Shown here one piece after another: positions 15,916 through 23,529 of a stretch of DNA of 32,000 nt (position 1 is its first letter; each line of letters begins with the position of its first letter). The translations under genes were made by a program, and so were the position numbers. The notes beneath the pieces are model-generated. The model saw only the letters and a program-made list of their open reading frames with translations. It searched no databases and was not told the DNA's origin. Source of the DNA: an uncultured archaeon (GTDB lineage Archaea > Iainarchaeota > Iainarchaeia > Iainarchaeales > JAAZKV01); assembly GCA_964551375.1 (NCBI GenBank), contig CAZKBG010000001.1, forward strand, positions 867,329 through 899,328. Reading direction: 5' to 3'.

Positions 15916-16074
15916 GAAAAAGTTATGCTTCCGATGAATAAAAAGCTATCATGGGGGCAGGGGGGGTTTTGGATTAATCAAGTATTCCTGAGTATTTTTA
16001 GTGATTTAGTTTAGAAGTTAGAGGCTATAAGTTGTATTTTGTTATTTTTTTTAAGGTGTTTTTCAGGGGATTAT

Positions 16075-16095
16075 TTAAGGTATTATTTCCGCGCA
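16075..16095. repeat. 21-bp perfect direct repeat, copy 1 (orphan copy of the radical SAM gene 3' end)
   Basis: TTAAGGTATTATTTCCGCGCA is identical to 16178-16198. On the minus strand it reads ...KLNCAEIIP*, versus KYNCAEIIP* in the real gene. Confidence 0.9.
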
Positions 16096-16177
16096 ATTTA
16101 ATTTGCCAATTCCATTAGGCGAAAGGAATACGCTGACATCCTTTCTTCGAAAGGATTAGAGAATTATTAAAAAGGTT

Positions 16178-16198
16178 TTAAGGTATTATTTCCGCGCA
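16178..16198. repeat. 21-bp perfect direct repeat, copy 2 (true stop plus last 6 codons of the radical SAM/SPASM gene)
   Basis: Identical to 16075-16095. The two copies are spaced 103 bp apart. Confidence 0.9.
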
Positions 16199-17308
16199 GT
16201 TATATTTTAAAAACTGCAAATCTTTTTTCTTAATTTTCCCTTCTTTAATCCCTTTTTCAACAATCGGCTGAATGCGCTTCATTTCTTTAATTAAATGATT
16301 AATTGAAGCGCAGACTTCATTTATTCCTTTTTTTGGCCAAACGGGGTGAAGATTTGAATAAAGGCATCTTCCGCCGCACAATTCAAAATCGCCGCAAGAA
16401 ATACACGGCTCTTTCACAGTAAGTTTGAAAGGCAACTCACTCGGGTGCGCAGTTTTAATATCTCCAAGATAATTTTCCTTAATTCCTGACATTATCGGAC
16501 AGACAGAAATCTTTCCATTAGGAAGAATTGTGAAATTTCCAATTCCTGAACCGCAACGCAAATGGTACTCGGTTTTGTTAATCAAAGAATCCATTATTCC
16601 CATAAAAGGATAAAGCCTTAGCACATTTCCTTTCAAAAGTTCTCCAGCCCAAAAATCCGCAAGCTTTGAAATGTCCCTATTGTAAGACTTAACCCATTGT
16701 GAAAAATTTCTCTTTTCATAATCGTGCCACATATTTGCGTCAAGCTGCCAGTGAACAGAAGTGAATCTAAAAGAGTCTTTTTCTTTTGGAGAAATCAAAT
16801 CCATAATATCCTTGTAAAAATCAGTGGGCTCTTCAACAGCCATTCTTGCGATAACTTCCCCATTAAAACCGTTCTTAATCAATCGATTAAGATTTTTATT
16901 TACTTTCTCAAAAACCCCTTCTCCTCTGTTGGAGTTAGTGGTTTCTTTTCCGCCGTCAATTGAAACAAGAATGGTGTGAAACTTGTTCGCATATTTTTTT
17001 GGAAGAGAATCAAGAAGAACGCCGTTAGTCTGAATCAAAAAATTATCCACAGTTTTGTACTTTGCCTGCGAATCCATGACTTTTTTGATGAACTCAACAT
17101 TCATTAGCGGCTCTCCGCCGTAGAAAATCAGCGAAATTGGATTATCTTTGTCGCGCTTTAAGAAATCATTAAGCTCTTGCGGTGAATACTGGGGTGAATG
17201 AGGCACTGCTTCAAATTCGAGTTTTGAATCTGGCTCGTCAAAAGCCTTTCCGCAGCAATACTCGCAGCACAAATTGCATTCAGGAGTTGTAATCACATGG
17301 TAAATCAT
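16178..17308 (-). CDS. Radical SAM enzyme with complete C-terminal SPASM domain (anSME/peptide-maturase-like)
   Basis: CNLCCEYC = CX3CX2C near the N-terminus. SPASM: CGSGIGNFTILPNGKISVC (C-x12-G-x4-C), CISCGDFELCGGRC (CX2CX5CX3C), then a later Cys (EVCAS). The track ORF starts at TTG 17335 and the first ATG is 17308 (MIYHVITTPE...), so the start is uncertain. Confidence 0.85.
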   Translation of the reverse strand: MIYHVITTPECNLCCEYCCGKAFDEPDSKLEFEAVPHSPQYSPQELNDFLKRDKDNPISLIFYGGEPLMNVEFIKKVMDSQAKYKTVDNFLIQTNGVLLDSLPKKYANKFHTILVSIDGGKETTNSNRGEGVFEKVNKNLNRLIKNGFNGEVIARMAVEEPTDFYKDIMDLISPKEKDSFRFTSVHWQLDANMWHDYEKRNFSQWVKSYNRDISKLADFWAGELLKGNVLRLYPFMGIMDSLINKTEYHLRCGSGIGNFTILPNGKISVCPIMSGIKENYLGDIKTAHPSELPFKLTVKEPCISCGDFELCGGRCLYSNLHPVWPKKGINEVCASINHLIKEMKRIQPIVEKGIKEGKIKKKDLQFLKYNCAEIIP

Positions 17309-17403
17309 AAAATCACACACATTTTGGCTAAGCAATATTTTGAATAAGAAAAAAATGAATGCAAATAATTAAAAGTATCATGCTTGGGGCAGATGCTTAA
17401 AAT

Positions 17404-18390
17404 TTATTTGTAGAAGTGTTTTGAAAAATCAATTCCTTTAATATATTCTTCTGTTCCCTGTTTTTTTGCAGTTTTGTGCTTCTTTGAATGAGCCTTGTAT
17501 CTAAGCACTCTCTGCTTTCTTATTGAAATCGGGGCTCTTGAAGCAACTCCTGGGCCTCCAATGCACCCTCCATTGCAGAACAAAATATCATAAAACACCT
17601 TGTCGGGATTTTTAGAAAAAAGCGAAGTGAGATTATTGCAGCCGTCGCAGGCAACCATGTCTTTTTTGTCAAGAATTTCCTTATAGTGAAGAGTGGCGCT
17701 CAAGCCCCCAGCGAGAGGATAAATTGAAGTGTATGAATTATTGAAAGAATCAAAAATAGGAGAGCAGTGGTGCTTTGAAGGCTTTTCTTTTGCAACAATC
17801 TGCTTCATCTCCGCAAAAGTAACGCAGGCTTCAATTAATCTTTTTCCTTTATTATCAACAAAACCCACTGCTTCTACTTTCTTTGCTCCGCACGGGGCAA
17901 GGAAAACAATTGTGTGGTTCGGAAAATTCTTTTTTGCAACTTTCGCCATCGCAGCCATGGGAGAAACAAATGGAAGAAGATATTTTTTTAATTCAGGATG
18001 CTGATGCTCAATAAGAGAAACACTCGCTGGACAAACTGAAGCAATAAATTTATCCTTGAAATTTTTATCCTTCTTTTTTCCGCCTTTAATATAATCAGAG
18101 TAATGCTCCTTGATATATTTGTGATACTGCTGATTTACTATCTTCGCTCCAAAAGTCAGTTCAGTGACTTTATCAAAACCCAAATTTTTCATTACCTGAA
18201 CAAAATACTTATAATCAAAATCAACAACATAAGCAGGCGCAGCCATAAGGCAGAGTTTTATTTTAGTTCTTGGTTTAGTTGCTTCCTTAATAAGCGCAAG
18301 GACCTTTCTCTGGTCCTCATTGTAGCCGAAGAAATCAAGATTATCAATCTCAACCATGCTACAACAAGGACCAAAGGAGTATTTATTCAT
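17404..18390 (-). CDS. Minimal [FeFe]-hydrogenase-like protein (H-cluster domain only, Fe_hyd_lg_C-like), 328 aa
   Basis: AAPAYVVDF...MKNLGFDKVTELTFGA resembles the HydA APAVR...LGFDKVFDTNFAAD region. L1-like ASVCPASVSLIEHQHPELKKYLLPFVSPM (Cys codon 18031-18033). L2 APCGAKKVE = P-C-x2-K-x2-E (Cys 17890-17892). L3 FCNGGCIGGPG (Cys 17575-17577 and 17563-17565). The ATG shares one nt with the GNAT stop (TAATG). Confidence 0.78.
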   Translation of the reverse strand: MNKYSFGPCCSMVEIDNLDFFGYNEDQRKVLALIKEATKPRTKIKLCLMAAPAYVVDFDYKYFVQVMKNLGFDKVTELTFGAKIVNQQYHKYIKEHYSDYIKGGKKKDKNFKDKFIASVCPASVSLIEHQHPELKKYLLPFVSPMAAMAKVAKKNFPNHTIVFLAPCGAKKVEAVGFVDNKGKRLIEACVTFAEMKQIVAKEKPSKHHCSPIFDSFNNSYTSIYPLAGGLSATLHYKEILDKKDMVACDGCNNLTSLFSKNPDKVFYDILFCNGGCIGGPGVASRAPISIRKQRVLRYKAHSKKHKTAKKQGTEEYIKGIDFSKHFYK

Positions 18391-18995
18391 TATTTTTGGT
18401 TTTTTTCTTTTTCTCCGCGCATTTTAATCCAATCTTCCCTCAAAAGCCCGTACTCATTAATATCATGCACGCGTCCGGTTGCTTTTGAGCGATGCCTTTG
18501 CCTTCTTGTGCCCTCATAAGAGAAGCCAAGCGAGCGGATCAATACATTTGAGGCAGTGTTGTCTGGAACCGCGCTGATATCAATTCTTCTCAAATTGATT
18601 CGGCTAAACGCAAAGTCAATTACTGCCCTTGCTGCTTCGCCCATGATTCCTCTCCGCCAGAATCTTTCGCCAAGCCAGTAACCAACAGTGCCTGTTCCTT
18701 CAAACCTGTCAATCTTTGAAAGCCCAATAACTCCCATCAGAACATCTTCGTCCCTAAAAGTTACTGCGAAATCAAAGTTTGTCCTCTCATCAACGCTTTG
18801 CGCTGATTGTGGAATGTTCTTGTTCACAAACCACTCTGCGTCGCTAAGATTATATGGGTAAGGGAGCAGAGTCATGTACTGCGAGATGCTCAAACTATTT
18901 GCATTCTCAACAATGCTTGCCTCATCCCCCCTCCTTAAATCTCTTAGCACAAGACGGTTTGTTTCAATCCTTATGCCTAAATTATTTTCAACCAT
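18390..18995 (-). CDS. GNAT-family N-acetyltransferase (RimJ/RimL-like)
   Basis: TNRLVLRDLRRGD..., GVIGL...GYWLGERFWRRGIMGEAARAVIDFAF, LRRIDISAVPDNTASNVLIRSLGFSYEG: the RimJ/RimL-type pattern. My hand count over four 60-nt lines gives ~47% GC, above its neighbours. Confidence 0.85.
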   Translation of the reverse strand: MVENNLGIRIETNRLVLRDLRRGDEASIVENANSLSISQYMTLLPYPYNLSDAEWFVNKNIPQSAQSVDERTNFDFAVTFRDEDVLMGVIGLSKIDRFEGTGTVGYWLGERFWRRGIMGEAARAVIDFAFSRINLRRIDISAVPDNTASNVLIRSLGFSYEGTRRQRHRSKATGRVHDINEYGLLREDWIKMRGEKEKNQK

Positions 18996-19512
18996 TTGCT
19001 TTCGCTCCTACGCACCAAAAACCTCCTTCAACTGACTTTTCCAAGACTAATTTCTACGCCGATGGCTTACGCTAACTAAAAATCTATATTTGAATTAACT
19101 GCCGCGCAAAATTCTCTGCAGCAAAAGAAAGTCCAAATTGCGGCAAAAAGCCAAAAATCAATTTAGCTGGTTAAAGAAAGCAAAAAAGCAGGATTATTTT
19201 TTTATTTTCATAAAACCTTGCTAAAAGCTTTAATGCATCCAATAGCCTTCCAATTGCTGCCAGCCAAATCTTTAGGCAAGCTGCATTGACGGAGCTTTTG
19301 ATTTACAATTAGCGGTCGCTACGGGGATAGCCCCATTAGCTTCGAAAAGCCCTCTGAAGTTATATAATTGATGCATATTATACTTTTATTCTTTTTATTA
19401 AAAAGAAATCCTTGCTTTTTGATGTAATAATTAGAACATAACAATTGACGAACTAAACGCAATATTTTTAATAGGCGGAAGCGATTACTTTGTATTGTTA
19501 AAGTGATGAAAT

Positions 19513-21204
19513 TTGAATAAATTTGGAAAACTATTAATTCTGTCATTAATCCTGATAGGCTTTATGGCTTTTGCAAGCGCTGATTATTTGACTGTGCTTA
19601 AGCCAAACGGGGGCGAATACTTAAGCGGAACATATCAAGTAGATTATTTGCTTTATATTGCCGACCAAACTTATCCTCAAGATATTTTAGACCCGATTCT
19701 TTCGCTTTATTTAACAGAGCTGACTGATTTGAACGGAGTTATTGGGTATAAAGACCATTTAATCGAACGACTGTCAAAAAGTGAAATTATTTGCGATGGA
19801 AATTTTTACTCTGAAATAATTGCCTGTCATTATGATTGGAATACTCTTGCCCCTGTGTTTAATATGCCGAGCGGAAATGACGGCAATTTTTTCTTAAAAG
19901 CGCGCTTTGACAGCGACAATTCAGCGGACATTTCGGACAATGAATTTACAATTGACAATTCAAACCCAATGACTAATTTAGAAATTAGCGGCTGGCAAAA
20001 GAATGACTTTAATGTTTTATTCTCGTGCTATGACACAGGAACTGGATGCGCTTTTACCTATTATCAAATACCGGCAATTGACTCTAACTGGATGACTATA
20101 GGAAGCGGAGAGTATATTGCAATTGATTCTGATGGAAATTATATTGTGAATTTTTACTCGAAAGACAATGCGGGAAACATTGAAGCTATGCAAAGCGGAT
20201 TTTTGCTTTTGGATAAAAATTCTCCAATTGCGCCTGTATTGAATTTGCCGATAGGATTTGATATTAATTTTGGGTTAAATCCTGTTGCCCTTGAATGGAG
20301 CGGGGCAGGCGATGGTTTGAGCGGAATTAATAATTATTTAATATGGAAAAAACAATCTGACTCAAATTCTTGGACATATCTTGGAGAAACCCCTGATTCA
20401 AATTATTTTGACTATGCTATAATTTCTGATTTAAATTATTGCTATATTGTTGAAGCATTTGATTTGGCTGGAAATGATTCCAACTCGACTGAAAGCTGTG
20501 TAATGATTGACTCAACCGTTCCTGTAATGACTTCCTTAAATGCAAGCGTGAACGGCTCAAGCGTTACATTAACTTACTTGGCAACTGATGAGAACAGCTC
20601 TGGAATAAAAAATTATTTTATTCAAAACGGAACTAATGGGTGGATTAGCACAACCGAAATCAGCTATGTTTTTGACGGACTGGCAAACGGAACTTATTTA
20701 TTTTATGCAAAATCAATTGACCATGCAGGTCATGATTCAAACGCACTTCTTGCAGAAGCAACGGTAAATGTTGTTCCAACTGGAGGAGGAAGCCCTCCGG
20801 CAAGCACAGGGGCATTGGCATCAGCAAATCCAGTTGGAGGAAGCGCTCCATTAGCTAATAATTCGCAAAATCAACCTGTGGAAAATGGTTCTTTAATAAC
20901 GCATCCAAAAGTGAGAATTTCAAATCCAACAAAACCAAACAAACTTAATGCGACACCTGACACTAATACAAAAGAAAATCTTGTAATTAATTCAGGGCAT
21001 GTTGAAGCATCGGCTGAGGAGCCAATCAAAAGCACTTCACTGTTCCAGTTCGGGCAGAGCGAATCAATTATTTCAATTGTGATAATAATTCTTCTCTCAA
21101 TATTGATTCTATACTTGGCTGAAGTAAGAAGAAGGAGAAAAGAAAGCGCGATTGACGACCATTTGCAAATAAAAGAGCATAAATTTGGAAAATGGTCTGC
21201 TTAA
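19513..21204 (+). CDS. Cell-surface protein with signal peptide, three Ig-like modules (D-x-AGN-type) and C-terminal membrane anchor
   Basis: TTG start at 19513, the only start that retains the signal peptide NKFGKLLILSLILIGFMAFASA, with GTGAT 5 nt upstream. Repeated module endings YSKDNAGNIE / AFDLAGNDSN / SIDHAGHDSN. Gly/Pro/Ser linker, then TM IISIVIIILLSILILYL followed by RRRRKE. Confidence 0.75.
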   Translation: MNKFGKLLILSLILIGFMAFASADYLTVLKPNGGEYLSGTYQVDYLLYIADQTYPQDILDPILSLYLTELTDLNGVIGYKDHLIERLSKSEIICDGNFYSEIIACHYDWNTLAPVFNMPSGNDGNFFLKARFDSDNSADISDNEFTIDNSNPMTNLEISGWQKNDFNVLFSCYDTGTGCAFTYYQIPAIDSNWMTIGSGEYIAIDSDGNYIVNFYSKDNAGNIEAMQSGFLLLDKNSPIAPVLNLPIGFDINFGLNPVALEWSGAGDGLSGINNYLIWKKQSDSNSWTYLGETPDSNYFDYAIISDLNYCYIVEAFDLAGNDSNSTESCVMIDSTVPVMTSLNASVNGSSVTLTYLATDENSSGIKNYFIQNGTNGWISTTEISYVFDGLANGTYLFYAKSIDHAGHDSNALLAEATVNVVPTGGGSPPASTGALASANPVGGSAPLANNSQNQPVENGSLITHPKVRISNPTKPNKLNATPDTNTKENLVINSGHVEASAEEPIKSTSLFQFGQSESIISIVIIILLSILILYLAEVRRRRKESAIDDHLQIKEHKFGKWSA

Positions 21205-21245
21205 ATAAATTAAGTTTAAGCACTTTTTCTGGTTAATTCAAAAAT

Positions 21246-22469
21246 TTATTTTCTTTCTCTCAATGCAAAAACTTTATCATTAATTCTTACTCTTTCGCTT
21301 GTTTTAATTCCGACAAGATCGCCCTTTTTAGCGCTTGAAACATTTTTGTGATGCACCTGCATTGAGTCAAGAGTCTGCTCAATAAAAGTAGTAATCCCCT
21401 CAATCACAAGCTTGTCCCCAAGTTTTATATCATCAATGACTTTGATTTCAGCAACCTGCACTTTTGCATAATAATTAACAACAATACCAACCTGCACCCT
21501 TTTCTGCTTTTGAAAACTTCCCTGCCCCCTTGCTAAATCATTTCCGTCAGGAATTTTATTAAAAAATCCTTCAGAAAATTCTCTATTATATACTTTCTCA
21601 AGCTCTCTATTCCAATGTGCAACCTTTTCTTTAGAAAAAGTTCCATCACTTACTGCATCAATCGCTTCTCTATAACATTTAGTAACTCCAGCCACATAAT
21701 CGCTTGGCTTTGTTCTTCCCTCAATTTTAAGCGAATCAACGCCGGTATCAATAACCTTATCCAAAAAATCAATTGTCTTCATATCCTTTGCGGAGAGAAT
21801 TGTGTCGCCGTCAAGATACACTTCCTTTTTTTCATAATTAGGCGCAGTCCCGTCAAGGAAAAAAGCTCTTCTGCACGGCTGAAGGCACTCGCCTCTATTA
21901 GCGCTTCTTCCAAATAAATCATGGCTCAAAAAACATCTTCCTGAAACTGAAATGCACATAGCGCCGTGAATAAAGCATTCAACTTCAACTTTGCTTTTCA
22001 TTGCGCCTCTCTTCACAGCCTTTATTTGCTTTAAATTTAATTCCCTTGCAAGAATAATTCTTGATACTCCTAAAGTTGCAAATTCTTTTAATGCTAAGGA
22101 ATTAGAAACGCTTGCCTGAGTGCTCAAAAATATTTTCATTTTGTGCTTTTTAGCAACCGCAAGCACTCCCATATCAGAAAGAATTACTGCATCAACACTT
22201 GCTTTCTTTGCGGCAAGAATAATTTTTTCCACTTTCTTTAATTCTTCCTCAAAAATAATTGTATTAAGAGCAAGGTATCCTTTTACTTTATTTTCATGCA
22301 AATATTTCATTAATTTCGCAAGTTCTTTTTCAGTAAAATTAGTTCCAAGATCCCTCATGTTATATCCTTTAACTCCAAAATAAACCGCATCAGCGCCGTT
22401 CTTTACAGCGGCAATTGCGCATGTAAAATCTGCAATTCCAACCAATAATTCAGGCTTTGTTTTATTCAT
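21246..22469 (-). CDS. Peptidase U32-family protein (collagenase-like / RNA hydroxylation-associated family)
   Basis: The U32 signature E-x-F-x-H-G-A-x-C-x-x-x-S-G-x-C reads as ECFIHGAMCISVSGRC. N-terminal TIM-barrel-like GADAVYFG. The track start is TTG 22478 and the first ATG is 22469 (MNKTKPELL...). Confidence 0.9.
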   Translation of the reverse strand: MNKTKPELLVGIADFTCAIAAVKNGADAVYFGVKGYNMRDLGTNFTEKELAKLMKYLHENKVKGYLALNTIIFEEELKKVEKIILAAKKASVDAVILSDMGVLAVAKKHKMKIFLSTQASVSNSLALKEFATLGVSRIILARELNLKQIKAVKRGAMKSKVEVECFIHGAMCISVSGRCFLSHDLFGRSANRGECLQPCRRAFFLDGTAPNYEKKEVYLDGDTILSAKDMKTIDFLDKVIDTGVDSLKIEGRTKPSDYVAGVTKCYREAIDAVSDGTFSKEKVAHWNRELEKVYNREFSEGFFNKIPDGNDLARGQGSFQKQKRVQVGIVVNYYAKVQVAEIKVIDDIKLGDKLVIEGITTFIEQTLDSMQVHHKNVSSAKKGDLVGIKTSERVRINDKVFALRERK

Positions 22470-22544
22470 ACAAATCAATTCAATATCAAATCACAATATC
22501 AAGAAGCAATTTTGCCCCCGACTAAAATCTCATTCCTCCAATAC

Positions 22545-22552
22545 TTTATAAA
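22545..22552 (+). promoter_or_regulatory. TATA box, leaderless arrangement for the DUF2203-like gene
   Basis: TTTATAAA, centred 26 nt upstream of the ATG at 22575. Confidence 0.4.
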
Positions 22553-22574
22553 TGATTATCACTCCCAATTAGAT

Positions 22575-23003
22575 ATGCCTAGGATCTACTTTTCATTAAA
22601 GCAGGCGAATGAACTTTTGAAGAAATTGCGCCCCGAAGTTGAGCGAGTAAGCGAGCTAAATGAACAGCTTCAGATGCTTGACAACACTAAAATTGAATTT
22701 GACGAAGATAATGTCGAAAACTTTCTGCTTGAAGTTGAATTAAACAAAAACTTCCACGAAAAAAACGTTGAACTTTATTCTCTGCTCGGGTTTTTGATAA
22801 GGCAGGGCTGCGTAGTAAGAGACCTTGATAAAATGGAAATTGATTTGTACTCAAAATTCAATGACAAGGAAATATTATTCTGCTGGAGGCCAATAGAAGA
22901 CTCAATTTCTTTCTGGCATTACTCTGGAGAAGATATGTCCAAAAGAAAACCGATAAAACAGGTTGAAGAAGCTTATTTTGAACAGCTGAGAAGGATGAAG
23001 TAG
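22575..23003 (+). CDS. DUF2203-family protein
   Basis: MPRIYFSLKQANELLKKLRPEVERV... and ...VVRDLDKMEIDLYSKFNDKEILFCWRPIEDSISFWHYSGEDMSKRKPI match the DUF2203 pattern as I remember it (F-x-L-x-EAN-x-LLP-x-L ... KDL-x-x-G-L-x-DF ... LCW-x-x-GE ... WH ... R-x-P). The track ORF begins upstream at an alternative start, 22512. Confidence 0.72.
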   Translation: MPRIYFSLKQANELLKKLRPEVERVSELNEQLQMLDNTKIEFDEDNVENFLLEVELNKNFHEKNVELYSLLGFLIRQGCVVRDLDKMEIDLYSKFNDKEILFCWRPIEDSISFWHYSGEDMSKRKPIKQVEEAYFEQLRRMK

Positions 23004-23194
23004 CCAAAAGGGGCGAATTTTATCAGCTTAACACCAACCATTATAAAGGTTTCTAAATCTACTTTCTATATTATTGGCCTTAGATGGCTGTTAGGCGCTT
23101 GGTGAATTATAGGTTTTTTGCTTGATTGTTTATAACTTTCTCGCTTCCTATTTCGCATGACGCTAAAAAGAGAGAATATTTGCCTGGTGGTAGA

Positions 23195-23422
23195 TTGGTT
23201 GAACAAAAAAGACACTATTTAGTTCCAGAGCATGTACTGATTAAGAAAGAAAAAGTTGCAGAATTAATGGCAGAACTTGGAATAAAAAAAGACGCTCTGC
23301 CAAGAATCGAAAAACTAGACGCTGCAATAAAACACCTAAAGCCTGAAAAAGGCGATGTTGTAAAAATAATCCGAGACTCTCTAACAGCTGGCCAAACAGT
23401 TTACTATAGAAGAGTAATTTAA
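23195..23422 (+). CDS. rpoH: DNA-directed RNA polymerase subunit H (Rpo5)
   Basis: HYLVPEHVLIKKEKVAELMAELGIKKDALPRIEKLDAAIKHLKPEKGDVVKIIRDSLTAGQTVYYRRVI matches the RpoH consensus (H-x-LVP-x-H ... LP-x-I ... GD-V/I-x-x-I-x-R-x-S-x-TAG ... YR-x-V). There is no in-frame ATG. TTG 23195 has GGTGG 4 nt upstream. The longest ORF starts at TTG 23126, so the start is uncertain. Confidence 0.85.
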   Translation: MVEQKRHYLVPEHVLIKKEKVAELMAELGIKKDALPRIEKLDAAIKHLKPEKGDVVKIIRDSLTAGQTVYYRRVI

Positions 23423-23529
23423 ATTTAGGCTGGCCAAAATGGTCGGATTATAATTAAAGCCGAAATGGGTTGATTCGGCTAATCTGCTCTAAAAGGGCAA
23501 AGCAATCCGCAACATAAAGGGTGAAATGC

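Noticed and set aside
15953-15966. G5-CA-G7 run considered as a G-quadruplex
   Set aside because: Only two G-tracts are present. An intramolecular G4 needs four.
15925-16014. 29-aa + strand ORF (MLPMNKKLSWGQGGFWINQ...) considered as a RiPP precursor for the SPASM enzyme
   Set aside because: It is on the opposite strand to the radical SAM gene and overlaps the promoter region of the 147-aa gene. It has no recognisable leader/core architecture, and I have no way to test conservation.
19290-19375. Hairpin-rich segment checked as a tRNA on both strands
   Set aside because: It has no 7-bp acceptor stem, no T-loop with a matching 5-bp stem and no D-arm, so a cloverleaf cannot be drawn.
19319-19546. 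75-aa minus-strand track ORF
   Set aside because: It overlaps the start of the surface-protein gene and lies in an AT-rich spacer. The sequence is low-complexity and there is no start context.
19503-19555. C/D-box sRNA-like pattern (GTGATGA ... CTGA about 50 nt apart)
   Set aside because: There is no terminal stem and no convincing C'/D' boxes. The GTGAT doubles as the SD of the surface-protein gene, and the D-box candidate lies inside its signal-peptide codons.
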